Counted from the stretch's first letter, positions 36,094 to 46,782 are shown. The stretch: DNA of 64,000 bases from an uncultured Candidatus Sumerlaeota bacterium (GCA_964608095.1 CAZSMK010000011.1:18209-82208); one strand, 5' to 3'. Program-made: numbers and translations. The notes: generated from the letters alone by a model not told the origin.

Positions 36094-37212
36094 TTAGAGC
36101 AATCGATTGTAAATGCTGCGAAGGTGTTCAATCATGTGCGTGGAATCGAACATGTCGTGAGCGCGTCGGCGTGCCTGCTCTCCAAATCTTCTGCGTTCTT
36201 CTTCATTGTTCAGAAGTAAATTGAGCACCTCAGCAAGTGCAGAGGGGTCCGCAGGGGGGACTATAATGCCGGAAACGTTATGTTTATTAACGAAAGGAAC
36301 GCCGGTATCAAGCCTGGTGCTCACCACGGGTTTGCCGCACGCCATAGCTTCGATCTGGCTCAGTCCATAAGCCTCGCTCGGTAAATGCGACGGAAGACAG
36401 AAAACATCGCTTGCGTGGATATAACGGACCTTCTCTTCCTCGCTCACTTCTCCTTTATAGTGTACCCTGTCACCGATGCCGAGTTCTATTGTCAGATGCT
36501 GCAACCTTTCTTTCTCAGGTCCGGTGCCTATCACTATAAGGTGTGCATTTACTTTTTTCATCGCCCGCAAGAGAAAATCAATTCCCTTATAATAACGCAA
36601 TACACCGACAAAGATTACTATGGGTGTTCCAACATTTGCACGAATGGTATCGGCTTCTTTTTTAACCTGCTCAGTGTCTCTGAAGGGTTCAAGATCGATT
36701 CCGAGCGGAACAGTTTCACATTTGTCCCTGTACCTGCGCAGGAATTCCGAATGGTCGATGTAATTATCGGATGTAGGCATGATCACATCCACCGCATCAA
36801 GAAAACGATATAAAAATGACCGATACAACCATAACCCTACTTTTTGACGTACTATATCGCTATGATACGTAACCAGAACTTTGCCGGGCGGTTTTGCAAG
36901 GAGATATGATAGTTCTCCTGTCGGATTAGGAAAATGGAAATGGAGCAAATGATACGCCTTCTTTTTCAGAAAAAGCGGAAACGCAGGACACAACGGCGCA
37001 CTGCTCAATCTTCCCAGACACCCCGCCTCGTAAATCTCGACCCCCTCAGTTGAATAACTTCGTCCCTTTATGCTTTTCGTGCGTCGTGCTATAAGCACAG
37101 AAACTTCAAACTCATCTTTAAGCCCATTACACATGATATTCATGCTTTTTTCGACTCCGCCCACCACCGGCGGATAATAATCTTTATATATATGGAGTAC
37201 GGAAGGTTTCAT
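36094..37212 (-). CDS. GT4 glycosyltransferase
   Basis: KDYYPPVVGGVE, HFPNP, YHSDIVRQK, YYKG, EAYGLSQIEAMACGKPVV. Confidence 0.88.
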   Translation of the reverse strand: MKPSVLHIYKDYYPPVVGGVEKSMNIMCNGLKDEFEVSVLIARRTKSIKGRSYSTEGVEIYEAGCLGRLSSAPLCPAFPLFLKKKAYHLLHFHFPNPTGELSYLLAKPPGKVLVTYHSDIVRQKVGLWLYRSFLYRFLDAVDVIMPTSDNYIDHSEFLRRYRDKCETVPLGIDLEPFRDTEQVKKEADTIRANVGTPIVIFVGVLRYYKGIDFLLRAMKKVNAHLIVIGTGPEKERLQHLTIELGIGDRVHYKGEVSEEEKVRYIHASDVFCLPSHLPSEAYGLSQIEAMACGKPVVSTRLDTGVPFVNKHNVSGIIVPPADPSALAEVLNLLLNNEEERRRFGEQARRRAHDMFDSTHMIEHLRSIYNRLL

Positions 37213-37261
37213 TTATCATTACTCATATTCACTCATAATCAAAAAACATGTATATATACGA

Positions 37262-38440
37262 TTATTTTTTGTTCAGAGATTCTTCGATAAGTGCGCTCAA
37301 TTCATCAAGCCTGCGATTCCAGGTATTCTTCTTTGCAAGTTCAAGTCGTTCCTCTTGCATGGTATCCCCATCTTTGAGAATGTTGTCTGCCGCATTCATA
37401 AAACCCTGATAAGTTGACGACATATTGACCGCATGAGCATAAGGTTCCAGACTCGGCAACGCCGTGGTAACAACAGGTTTTCCCGTTGCCAAAAACTCGA
37501 AGAATTTGATCGGGAAAATGCACGCCGTGTAGTCAGTAAGATGATAAGGGATGATGAGAATATCCGCCGCCTTTAAATAGCGCGGGAGTTCCGTATATGG
37601 CACCGGGGGGATAAGATAAAGGTTATGGACTTTTTTCAGGCGCTCGAGTGTAAGAGGGGAAACATCGTTCCAAAGAGGTCCAATAAGCACAACCGACCAG
37701 TCAATGCGCTTATTTGCAAGATACTCAATGAGTTCGAAATTTACCTTTGAAGCTGCCAGGTTTCCGGCAAACATAAGGATAGGATGTGGTATCTGAGCAA
37801 CCGCATCTGCAATCGGCGTTGCACTTTTCATCACCTTGTTGAAATGCTCAAAATCCCCGACATTTGTTTGAAGGTGTGTGTTCTGATTAAACGCCCGGCA
37901 TTTTCTCACCAATGCAGGAGATGTTGCAAACACGAGATCGGCTCTTTCGAGAAGCGCTTTCTCCGCATGATAAATCTCATCCGTCTTTACATCCTCTATT
38001 TCTGTCAGATCATCAACGCAGTGGTAGATTAACAGACTATGGGGAATTCCCTTCAGGTAATGGACGGCATAAGGATTGAATATCCAGACTATGGGTTCTT
38101 TTGCATGCCACATCTTAAGAGTTCTCTTCAAACGCGGTAAAAACAAGAGGCGGTTGAGTTTAAGGGCAAGACCACTTCCTCTCGATGGAAGAACCATGGG
38201 TGATAGTAAAACAAGTCCAGGGATTTTTTCATGTGGTTTTGTGATGGCTCGCTTGAATCTTCTTATTACGCGTTTGATGTCTGGCCTGTTAATTCCGGGA
38301 CTTCTTATTCCTATGGTCTCAACATAAAATATACGATTATGGGCTCTGGCAAGTCGCACCATGAGCTGATGTTTATTTGTCGGTAACGGAGTGTCCCAAT
38401 CTTCGGTCGAGAAACATACTATATTCCGGCGAGTCAACAT
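37262..38440 (-). CDS. GT-B glycosyltransferase (GT4-like, TuaH type)
   Basis: DW..P.NKHQLM, YHCVDD, ADLVFATS, YTELPRYL, PIKFFEFLATGKPVV. Confidence 0.85.
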   Translation of the reverse strand: MLTRRNIVCFSTEDWDTPLPTNKHQLMVRLARAHNRIFYVETIGIRSPGINRPDIKRVIRRFKRAITKPHEKIPGLVLLSPMVLPSRGSGLALKLNRLLFLPRLKRTLKMWHAKEPIVWIFNPYAVHYLKGIPHSLLIYHCVDDLTEIEDVKTDEIYHAEKALLERADLVFATSPALVRKCRAFNQNTHLQTNVGDFEHFNKVMKSATPIADAVAQIPHPILMFAGNLAASKVNFELIEYLANKRIDWSVVLIGPLWNDVSPLTLERLKKVHNLYLIPPVPYTELPRYLKAADILIIPYHLTDYTACIFPIKFFEFLATGKPVVTTALPSLEPYAHAVNMSSTYQGFMNAADNILKDGDTMQEERLELAKKNTWNRRLDELSALIEESLNKK

Positions 38441-38464
38441 AGGGCCCTTAGAGAGATAAGATAC

Positions 38465-39253
38465 TCACATACCTCCAGTTAAAAACAGAATCCAGGAGGT
38501 TAAAATATAATCGAAAATAAGAATAGAAACGAGACAAAAGACTACGGCTGAGGTAGTTGACTTCCCTACCCCTTGAGCGCCCCCACTGGTGCGAAATCCG
38601 AAGAAACAACCGACAAGACCAATAATAGCGCCGAAGAAAAGGGTTTTAAGAAGACCGGAGACTACATCGCGCAGGAGAAGAAATCTAATAGAGTAGTTAT
38701 AATATAATCTTGGCGGCAGATCCAGTAGAATGGTTCCGACAAGAAGACCGCCAAGATATCCCACGATATTCGCATAAATAGCAATGAGTGGAAGGCTTAT
38801 GGTCGCGGCAACCACGCGCGGAGCAACAAGATATTTGAACGGATTGACCGATAAAGTCCACATAGCGTCGATTTGTTCCGTAATCTTCATCGACCCCAAC
38901 TCAGCAGCCATTGAAGCGGCAACCCTTGAACCAACTACCATCGCCGTAAAGACCGGCACCATTTCTACGGCAAGCGCCACTGATGTTATTCCTGCCGCAT
39001 AAAGCTTTGCCCCGAACTTTTCCAGCTGATATCCGGTCTGAAGCAAAATCACCATTCCCACAAATAATGCGGTCAGATTTGCTATAGGCATCGAACTGAC
39101 CCCTATGCGAATCATCTGATCGGTGTAAAGATGATTGACAAAGGGACGAGTAATAAGAGCCCGCAGCGTATCAAGAGAAAAATATGCAACCTCGCCGAAC
39201 AGACGGACTGTGCTAATTACACAATTCCCTATTTTTTGAAAAAGATTAAGCAT
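38465..39253 (-). CDS. mlaE: MlaE-family lipid asymmetry ABC permease
   Basis: EMVPVFTAMVV.SRVAAS.AAELGSMKITEQIDAM..L.VNP..YLVAPR, GGAQGVGKSTT. Confidence 0.9.
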   Translation of the reverse strand: MLNLFQKIGNCVISTVRLFGEVAYFSLDTLRALITRPFVNHLYTDQMIRIGVSSMPIANLTALFVGMVILLQTGYQLEKFGAKLYAAGITSVALAVEMVPVFTAMVVGSRVAASMAAELGSMKITEQIDAMWTLSVNPFKYLVAPRVVAATISLPLIAIYANIVGYLGGLLVGTILLDLPPRLYYNYSIRFLLLRDVVSGLLKTLFFGAIIGLVGCFFGFRTSGGAQGVGKSTTSAVVFCLVSILIFDYILTSWILFLTGGM

Positions 39254-39405
39254 TCTCCTCTATGGTCGATACATTATGATATGACTATGTTAAACATAAG
39301 AAAACGACCATTTTTCAAGCTAAATTTCGTTGCATTTATTTTCATTCAGAACTATACTTATATAGATTATCTTACTTAATTATAGTCGTAGCGATAGATT
39401 ATATA

Positions 39406-39972
39406 ATGAATCGGGGGAATCAAATAGGACTACATCATATATATCTAAAACGAGCAATGACCTTATTTGAACTCCTTGTCGGTGTAACGGTCATTTTTCT
39501 TCTCGTTATTTTCTTTCTCATCTCATTACCCCAAATGCTGATTACGACCAAGATATCACGTGTCAAAGAAGAGCACACAGTTCTCGTAAGGGCATTGACC
39601 CATTATCACATGGATTATGGTAGTTTCCCATCAAGCGCTCGGGGATTACGTTCTTTAAGCGCCCCTACTGCTTACCTCGCCTCTATTCCCATTGATCCTT
39701 TCTCTAAAGAGGGAAAACAATCACAGTATTTCTACATTTCAAATATTTCTTCTGATATCAGCTATGTGATTATCAGTTTAGGACCGGATGGTGATAATGA
39801 TCTGCTGAACATTGTCTCAAAATTTCCCGAGTATCTAACGTCAACACATACAACACCACAGGAGAGAACCATGAACCTGCGTGAAATCGTCAATTTGTAT
39901 GTGCTGACAAAATCCTACGATCCCACCAATGGGATAATGAGTGACGGGGATCTCATCTTTGTCGGAAAATAA
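39406..39972 (+). CDS. Prepilin-type (GspG-like) pseudopilin/pilin
   Basis: Cleavage/methylation-like site KRA|MTLFELL, hydrophobic helix, YHMDYGSFP, PTAYLASIPIDPF, SLGPDG, YDPTNG. Confidence 0.78.
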   Translation: MNRGNQIGLHHIYLKRAMTLFELLVGVTVIFLLVIFFLISLPQMLITTKISRVKEEHTVLVRALTHYHMDYGSFPSSARGLRSLSAPTAYLASIPIDPFSKEGKQSQYFYISNISSDISYVIISLGPDGDNDLLNIVSKFPEYLTSTHTTPQERTMNLREIVNLYVLTKSYDPTNGIMSDGDLIFVGK

Positions 39973-39992
39973 GGAAGTGCTGGAGTACGCGT

Positions 39993-42113
39993 ATGAATCT
40001 ATCCCCACACACGAAAAAACTCCTCTTCTTCATCATCATCCTCGGTTTGTTGAACCTTTTCAGCATTCAACTCATTCCCGCACCCACTATCATAATTGCC
40101 TTACTTACCTTGCTACCCGCATGGTTCTTCATTGACCGCCAGGACTTTCCCAAACTCTATTACCTGCTCTGGATGATTTTGACCTTCCTTTCCTTAATAT
40201 TCCTCTTACTTTATATGATACTTACACGGTCATCGCCCCTCGTCATTTTTCCCCTTATACTCGTAATTCTACAGATCGGTCGTGTCTTTACGATAAGTAA
40301 CCACCGCGCCCTATTTCAATCATGGCTTATCGCACTTTCTATGATCACCATCGCTGCCATTCACGGATATTCCTTATTTTCTCTTATCCTCATCGTGCCT
40401 TTTCTTTTTGTCTCCGTTGCTTTTTTAGTAAACATTATGCTTCTTGCATCTCCTATAAATACACAGCGATTTCCCTCTTCTTTGGTAATCAGGTTGAACT
40501 GCACCGCCTTCCTGATCGCCTTGATCTTTTTTCTCTTCCTTCCCCGCCACCGACTCTTAAATTTTCAATACGACTTGCATTCGATCACAAGTAGACACTT
40601 AAATTTTGCCTCTTCAGGATTTTCAGACACATTTTATCTCGGGACATTCCGCCATCTTCTGAATGATGAACGGGAAGCGTTAAGACTGGACATCGATTCC
40701 GCCTACCAGAATATGATTGTATATTTGCGTGGCGACGTCATGGATGAATTTGATGGATTGTCGTGGCGAAAAAACGAAGGATATTCGGAACAAAGAGCCT
40801 TGTTTCCACCACGGGGAACCTCAAAAATCAAATTGACCTATGAGGCGAGCTCCGACTATGACTCATCACAAAAACGCGTACAATATCGCGTCAAATATAC
40901 AGGGTTGAATACCGATCTCGTCTTTTATATTCCCGTACTCGATACCGTCTACACCAGCGGGATTCCTCTCATTACCGACAATTCAAAGAGTCTTCGCCTT
41001 GAGAGAAAGTCCTCTTTAGCAGAGTACACTGCTATCTCGCATCCGGTGTATAGTAGCAACGACCTTTTGTATGAAGAGTCTCTTCCCGAGGATGAGAGAA
41101 CTATGTATCTCAACATACCCGATATTGAAGGGCTTGATGAAATACAGGGCATTGCAACCCGAATAGTACGGGAATCAGATTCAGACCACGCCAAAGCCCG
41201 CGCTATCAGCGATTATCTAAGAAGTACCTATATATATAGCCTTCGTTCGGATATAACTCTCGGGAAAAAAAGTCTCTATCATTTTCTCTTTTACAATAGA
41301 AAAGGTCATTGTGAATTTTTCGGCACCGCCATGGCTGTCATGCTGAGATCAATCGGGATACCTTCACGAATAGCCGTGGGGTTCATCAAGGAAACCAAAA
41401 AAAACAAAAACACTCCCCTCATAATCCAGAACCGTGACGCACACGTATGGGTAGAGGCTTATTGTGACGGGCGGGGTTGGTATCAGTTTGATCCTACACC
41501 ACCTGCGCCCCTTCTCGTTGAAACTCATAATATTTTTGTCACTCGAATCATCAAGTGGTTCAAAAAAATAAGTGACCGAACCCAAGTCTTTCTCAGCGAT
41601 TACAGTACCAAATTGCAGCAACAGATTTTTACTTTTATAGGTAGCAGATTGTTGAACCTTTCCGCCTCCATGCCTTCTGGAGATAAATGGATTACTCTGT
41701 GGAGCAGACTACGTTCTTCATTCTTACAAAGGGGCTTTTTCTTATTTATTTTATTGGTGCTATGTATAGATTCAATTCTTGTCTTGACTTACCTGAAATT
41801 CCGACATCGCTTGAGAAAAACGGCCGAAAGAAGGCCAGAAAGAGTGTTAAAGGAATCGGTCACACTATTCCGATTATACAAGAGAATCCTGCGTTGGTTG
41901 GATTTCCGTCCTGAGGGTAGAAAAACGACACTCACCTTACGAGAAATTGCGGCACGCTACAAAACCACTCATCCTGCATTTTACTTTAAAGCCATCGAGG
42001 TTATTGACCTTTATTATGCCGCCAGGTACAGCCCCCAATGCGATACAGAATCTCTTGAAAACGAAATTCTGGGGTTAATCAGGTCTTCCCCCCGTCATAC
42101 CACTGCGACATGA
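39993..42113 (+). CDS. TgpA-family membrane transglutaminase (DUF3488 + transglutaminase core)
   Basis: N-terminal TM bundle ending FLFLPR, SGFSD, triad GHCEFF / DAHVWVEAY / FDPTP, C-terminal TM helix. Confidence 0.85.
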   Translation: MNLSPHTKKLLFFIIILGLLNLFSIQLIPAPTIIIALLTLLPAWFFIDRQDFPKLYYLLWMILTFLSLIFLLLYMILTRSSPLVIFPLILVILQIGRVFTISNHRALFQSWLIALSMITIAAIHGYSLFSLILIVPFLFVSVAFLVNIMLLASPINTQRFPSSLVIRLNCTAFLIALIFFLFLPRHRLLNFQYDLHSITSRHLNFASSGFSDTFYLGTFRHLLNDEREALRLDIDSAYQNMIVYLRGDVMDEFDGLSWRKNEGYSEQRALFPPRGTSKIKLTYEASSDYDSSQKRVQYRVKYTGLNTDLVFYIPVLDTVYTSGIPLITDNSKSLRLERKSSLAEYTAISHPVYSSNDLLYEESLPEDERTMYLNIPDIEGLDEIQGIATRIVRESDSDHAKARAISDYLRSTYIYSLRSDITLGKKSLYHFLFYNRKGHCEFFGTAMAVMLRSIGIPSRIAVGFIKETKKNKNTPLIIQNRDAHVWVEAYCDGRGWYQFDPTPPAPLLVETHNIFVTRIIKWFKKISDRTQVFLSDYSTKLQQQIFTFIGSRLLNLSASMPSGDKWITLWSRLRSSFLQRGFFLFILLVLCIDSILVLTYLKFRHRLRKTAERRPERVLKESVTLFRLYKRILRWLDFRPEGRKTTLTLREIAARYKTTHPAFYFKAIEVIDLYYAARYSPQCDTESLENEILGLIRSSPRHTTAT

Positions 42114-42164
42114 GATTTCAAGGATTTCCCCTTTAGATGAGACCAGGTAGAGGCTTAGGACACC

Positions 42165-43295
42165 CTAACTCTGACGTGACGAGATCGCCCGACATGATTC
42201 GCGTTCAATTAATTGAGTGCCGATAAGCAAGGTGGTGGGCAATGAACCCGGATTCTCGATTTTATCTATAAGTCTGTTCGCCGCCTTCTCTCCCATTTCG
42301 TCCGTCAGTACACGTATGGTAGTCAATGGCGGCTGTGACCATGCGGAACTCTCGATGTCATCAAACCCAACGATACTGAATTCATCAGGGATGCCTATAT
42401 CGTGCTCCTTACAATAGTTTATGATATCAAGAGCAAAAGAATCGTTGCACGCAACTATAGCAGTAGGACGAACCTTTGCGCTAAGAATTTTTTTGAATGC
42501 GGAGACACCATCTTTCGCATCCATGATAATCCATTCTTCATGAGGCTTCATTCTCATCATCTTTGAACCCAGAATAAAACCATTGAGACGTTCTCGAAAC
42601 GATGAGTGAATTGGGCTACCCATCAAAAAAGCCATCTTCCGGTGACCAAGCGAGTACAAATATTCAACTAAATTGATCGCCGCAGATTGATTGTTGGCTG
42701 CGATGTAGTCGATATCTTCTATCGCCTCGGTTTTCCCGGGATCCTGGCATAGATAATTTGAAATCGTCACCACTGGCAGGATTTTGTTTATCTGCCGATA
42801 CACATTTAAATATACCCCTTCGAGGATTGCACCATCTACTTTCCCTTGCTCTATGATCGATGGAAGGGAATTGGGCGTATGCTGGGTAGGGTCGAAACTC
42901 GAGATGATCAGGTGGTAATTGGATTTTCTTGCCTCTCGTTCCGCTCCGGCGACTATATGCGCAAAATAGGGAATCTTTATTATAGACCTATCTCCCCCCC
43001 AGAAGATATAGGCAAGATTGTAGGTCTTCTCCCTCGAACGTTTGATACCTGAAATTATGCCTTTCACAAATGTTCCCTTTCCCGGTACCGTGTAAAGAAA
43101 TCCTTCCCCAATCAGGTCTTTCAGTCCTTTCCTGACGGATATTCGGCTTATATTAAATTGCTCTGACAGTAAACGTTCGCTCAATATTCGGTCATCCGGT
43201 TTGAGCGTTCGATTCTTTATCTCTCTTATAATTGTATCCTTGAGCTTTTTATATACAGGCTCTTTTGTTCTTTTTGCTCTGACCATTACCATCAT
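42165..43295 (-). CDS. Transcriptional regulator with GntR wHTH + LacI-type sugar-binding domain (AraR-like architecture)
   Basis: SERLLSEQFNISRISVRKGL...GKGTFV, then RPTAIVACND, SIVGFDD, PPLTTI. Confidence 0.88.
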   Translation of the reverse strand: MMVMVRAKRTKEPVYKKLKDTIIREIKNRTLKPDDRILSERLLSEQFNISRISVRKGLKDLIGEGFLYTVPGKGTFVKGIISGIKRSREKTYNLAYIFWGGDRSIIKIPYFAHIVAGAEREARKSNYHLIISSFDPTQHTPNSLPSIIEQGKVDGAILEGVYLNVYRQINKILPVVTISNYLCQDPGKTEAIEDIDYIAANNQSAAINLVEYLYSLGHRKMAFLMGSPIHSSFRERLNGFILGSKMMRMKPHEEWIIMDAKDGVSAFKKILSAKVRPTAIVACNDSFALDIINYCKEHDIGIPDEFSIVGFDDIESSAWSQPPLTTIRVLTDEMGEKAANRLIDKIENPGSLPTTLLIGTQLIERESCRAISSRQS

Positions 43296-43423
43296 CTCTC
43301 CCTTTTATAAAAAACAAATTTGTGCAATTCAAACGCATCTCCATGGTTCTGTCAACTTTGATTTTCATACATAGTCCCAAATCATTCAAATACATAAGCT
43401 CCGATATAATGTGACGTTCACCT

Positions 43424-44365
43424 CTATACCTTCAACCCTGTCAATGTGATTCCCTGCATAATCTTTTTCTGAAAAATAAGGAAAAAGATGATAGCAGGTA
43501 TAGCTGCCAGCATTGATGCCGCGAGGGTAATGTTCCACGGAATCGTTCCTTGTTGCGAAAAGAAATAGAGCTGCACCATGACGGTATACCAATCAGAATG
43601 GAGAACAAGAAACGGCCAGAAAAAGTCGTTCCAGGTAGCAATGAAAGAGAAAATGGAAAGAACCGCCACTATGGATTGAGAGAGAGGCAGAATAATCCTG
43701 AGAAAGATACGTAATTCACCGGCACCATCAACGCGTGCGGCTTCCAGAAGATCGTTTGGGATTTCGTCGAAAAATGTCTTGAACACAAAGATATTAAAGG
43801 CATTAACACCCGCGGGCAGGATGACCGCTAATATCCCACCCAACAGACCTCTTCCTGCAAGGTTTATATGCAAGATGGGAAGGTCGGTAACCGTCAGGTA
43901 AAGGGGAATGAAAATAACAAAAAAAGGCACCATCAAGGTGACGAAAAAAAGGTATGAAAAGATTTTGAGCGCACCGAGTCGAAGTTTGCTCAGTGCATAT
44001 CCCGCAAGACCCGCAGGAAATATCTGAAAAAACCACACTCCTATGACAATAATAATCGTGTTGAAAAAATAGCGCGCATAATTGAATTTTTCCCATGCCT
44101 CCGAATAATTATCCCACTGCCATTTTAACGGGTCAGTCGTGGGTTCCGGAAAAAATTTCGGCGGATAACTGAACACCTCAACCGACTCCTTCAACGCACT
44201 TAATAGTCCCCATAAGAAAGGCAGAAAGGTAGTAAATACTCCGATGGCAAGCAGCGCTATTATGGTGTAATATAATCCTTTTCCTTTAGGCGTTTTGAGG
44301 TCCGCCTCTGAAATCAAGGTTCTTTCTCGATGTAGCGGCTTTCTTTTATTCCAGAATGCCATCAC
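43424..44365 (-). CDS. Carbohydrate ABC permease (MalG-like)
   Basis: WDNYSEAW, EIPNDLLEAARVDGAG, WNDFFWP. Confidence 0.9.
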   Translation of the reverse strand: MMAFWNKRKPLHRERTLISEADLKTPKGKGLYYTIIALLAIGVFTTFLPFLWGLLSALKESVEVFSYPPKFFPEPTTDPLKWQWDNYSEAWEKFNYARYFFNTIIIVIGVWFFQIFPAGLAGYALSKLRLGALKIFSYLFFVTLMVPFFVIFIPLYLTVTDLPILHINLAGRGLLGGILAVILPAGVNAFNIFVFKTFFDEIPNDLLEAARVDGAGELRIFLRIILPLSQSIVAVLSIFSFIATWNDFFWPFLVLHSDWYTVMVQLYFFSQQGTIPWNITLAASMLAAIPAIIFFLIFQKKIMQGITLTGLKV

Positions 44366-45255
44366 TGCTCCTTACGTAGTTTTTTCAATATCACAAAATA
44401 AGAGACTGCAATCACGACCAGGAAGATGAAGAGAGTAAAATTGATTGCAGATGCCATGCCGAAATTATAATAACGGAACGCGGTATTATAGATATATAAC
44501 AGCACGGTCAAAGTAGCATTGTTAGGACCTCCCCCTGTCATAATAAAAGGCTCGACAAATACCTGAGAGGTTCCAATAATTTGCAGAATAAAAATGATAA
44601 GCATAACGGGTAAAATCTGGGGGATGGTAATATGCCGAATCCGCTGCCAGATTGATGCTCCATCGATCTCGGCGGCTTCATAAAGTTGCGGAGGCACCCC
44701 TTGAAGCGCCGCAAGATAAATAATCATGGTCGCGCCTGCATTCTTCCACGTGCTCATTATGACAAGACTTAGCAATGCCATCTTTTCGTTTATAAGCCAT
44801 CGCAACGAGGGGAAACCAATCATACGGAGTAACGAATCGAAAAGGCCTTCCTCCGGACGATAGAGAAACTTCCAAACCAGGATAACGACGACGAGAGGAA
44901 TGATAACGGGGAGATAGAAACCAAGACGGAAAAAGCCCGTTGCACGTCGGACCTCATTAATAGCGATGGCGAGTATTACCGGTATAAAGTATCCAATCCC
45001 TATGCATAATCCCATAAAAATCAACGTGTTTTGCCATGATTGATAGAAGAGTGGATCATGCAGGATTCGCTCGAAATTTCCTAAGCCTATGAATTCGGGT
45101 GGCACCAAAGGAGATTGATACTCGAAAAAGGAAAGCCATAGACCATAAAGAATGGGACGCCAGCTGAAAAGGATAAAGAATACGATAGCGGGTAAGAGGA
45201 AAAAGAAAGCGGCGATATGCTGTTTTTTTATTGCGTTATGTTTGAAAAAATTCAT
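44362..45255 (-). CDS. Carbohydrate ABC permease (MalF-like)
   Basis: FIGLGNF, YLAALQGVPPQLYEAAEIDGA, TGGGPNNAT. Overlaps the next gene by 4 nt. Confidence 0.9.
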   Translation of the reverse strand: MNFFKHNAIKKQHIAAFFFLLPAIVFFILFSWRPILYGLWLSFFEYQSPLVPPEFIGLGNFERILHDPLFYQSWQNTLIFMGLCIGIGYFIPVILAIAINEVRRATGFFRLGFYLPVIIPLVVVILVWKFLYRPEEGLFDSLLRMIGFPSLRWLINEKMALLSLVIMSTWKNAGATMIIYLAALQGVPPQLYEAAEIDGASIWQRIRHITIPQILPVMLIIFILQIIGTSQVFVEPFIMTGGGPNNATLTVLLYIYNTAFRYYNFGMASAINFTLFIFLVVIAVSYFVILKKLRKEQ

Positions 45256-45295
45256 AATGCATGGAAAAAATTCAATTTTTTCTTGCTTTTTTTAG

Positions 45296-45315
45296 TACCA
45301 GTATATTAACTGGTA
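45296..45315. promoter_or_regulatory. Candidate operator TACCAGT-N6-ACTGGTA in the divergent promoter of the sugar ABC locus
   Basis: Perfect 7-bp inverted repeat between the permease start (45255, -) and the SBP start (45376, +). Confidence 0.5.
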
Positions 45316-45375
45316 TTTTTACATGATTGCAAATGCTATTTGTCAATTCTAAAATTTATAGTATGGAGTAACGAT

Positions 45376-46782
45376 ATGAAATCTTTGAACAGAAACCAAC
45401 TAAAAATTGGGGCTCTTCTTCTTTTTTCGTGCGCTATCTTTTTCTTTTCAGGATGCGGTTCTCAGCAAGACGAATCTCTGCCTGAGAGCCTTTCTGAAAA
45501 GACCCAATATGTGCTATCTCTCAACAACGGCGCAACCGAAGATGATAAACCACGTCTTGCCGAACAAGAAATGTTTAAAAGGTTATTCCGTTCACATTAT
45601 CCCAATCTCGATGTCGAATTTGATACCTGGCAATTTACACCGGAAACCTTTATCGCTAAAATTACAGCAGGTACAGCCACAGACATTATGGGGGTTTATG
45701 CCACTGAAGGTGCCATCGTCATTGAAAAAAAACTTGCTGCCGAGATCACTGATCTGGTGAAAAACTGGGAACTTTATCCTTATATCAATAAGGAACTCCT
45801 CGAACCCTTCACCAATGAAGGAAAAATATACGGGGTTCCGGTCGGTGGTCTTGGGGGCGCCTATGTGATGACGCTTTTTTACAATATCGACATGTTCAAG
45901 GAAGCGGGGATCGTTGATGAAAACGGTGAGCCTACACCACCGCAGACATGGGAAGAATTCGCCCAGATCGCCCAGCAATTAACCGACCAGGAAAAAGGTG
46001 TGGCGGGGTTTGGCATTCTCGGCGATTCGCAGGCCTCGGGATGGCATTTTCTAAACTGGGTATGGCAGGCAGGTGGTTCCTTTGAAGAAAAAATCGACGG
46101 TAAATGGCAGGCGACTTTCGACTCACCTGAAGCGATTCGGGCTCTTCAATTTATTAAAGACCTCCGCTGGAAATACGATGTGCTCCAGAAAGATGTAACC
46201 GCTAATAATGACGACCTGTTTGAACTCTTCGTGTCGGAACGAATCGCCATGGCGATTTTCACTCCCGAGTATCTTTTCTATCTCGTCGAAAAGTTGCAAT
46301 TCCCCTTAGAAAAGATAGGAATCTGTCTTTTACCGGCAGGACCGGGAGGTCGCGCAAACCAGATGGGTGGCTCCTTTTTTATTATTAATCCTTCTATACC
46401 CAAAGATAAACAGGAAGCCGCTTTCAAACTCATCACCTTCCACTTCAATCTTGATTACATCGAGGCTGCATGTAAATTGCGAGTGGAATGGGACCGTTTA
46501 GTTGGTGTTCCCTCGCTTCCGGTGTTTGTCCCGGAATATCAGAAAAAATTCGATGCAGTTATCGATAAATACCGCAACGTTCCACCACTTACCGCGCTTA
46601 TGGCTGAAGCGGTCAAATATATGCGTCCCGAACCTCCCTTTTACTGCCAGGTACTCTATAGTGAATATCTGAGCCCTGCTATTCAGAAAGTCTTGACCGA
46701 CAAGGATGCAGACCCGGAAAAAATCCTGACAAGAGCAGCAAAAGATTTTCAAGAACGCTTTCTCGAAAATATGAGGTTCTGA
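45376..46782 (+). CDS. Sugar ABC transporter substrate-binding lipoprotein
   Basis: Lipobox FSGC, YGVP, FYNIDMFKEAG, PQTWEE, GGSFFIINP. The start is set at the in-frame ATG 45376 behind GGAG. Confidence 0.88.
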   Translation: MKSLNRNQLKIGALLLFSCAIFFFSGCGSQQDESLPESLSEKTQYVLSLNNGATEDDKPRLAEQEMFKRLFRSHYPNLDVEFDTWQFTPETFIAKITAGTATDIMGVYATEGAIVIEKKLAAEITDLVKNWELYPYINKELLEPFTNEGKIYGVPVGGLGGAYVMTLFYNIDMFKEAGIVDENGEPTPPQTWEEFAQIAQQLTDQEKGVAGFGILGDSQASGWHFLNWVWQAGGSFEEKIDGKWQATFDSPEAIRALQFIKDLRWKYDVLQKDVTANNDDLFELFVSERIAMAIFTPEYLFYLVEKLQFPLEKIGICLLPAGPGGRANQMGGSFFIINPSIPKDKQEAAFKLITFHFNLDYIEAACKLRVEWDRLVGVPSLPVFVPEYQKKFDAVIDKYRNVPPLTALMAEAVKYMRPEPPFYCQVLYSEYLSPAIQKVLTDKDADPEKILTRAAKDFQERFLENMRF

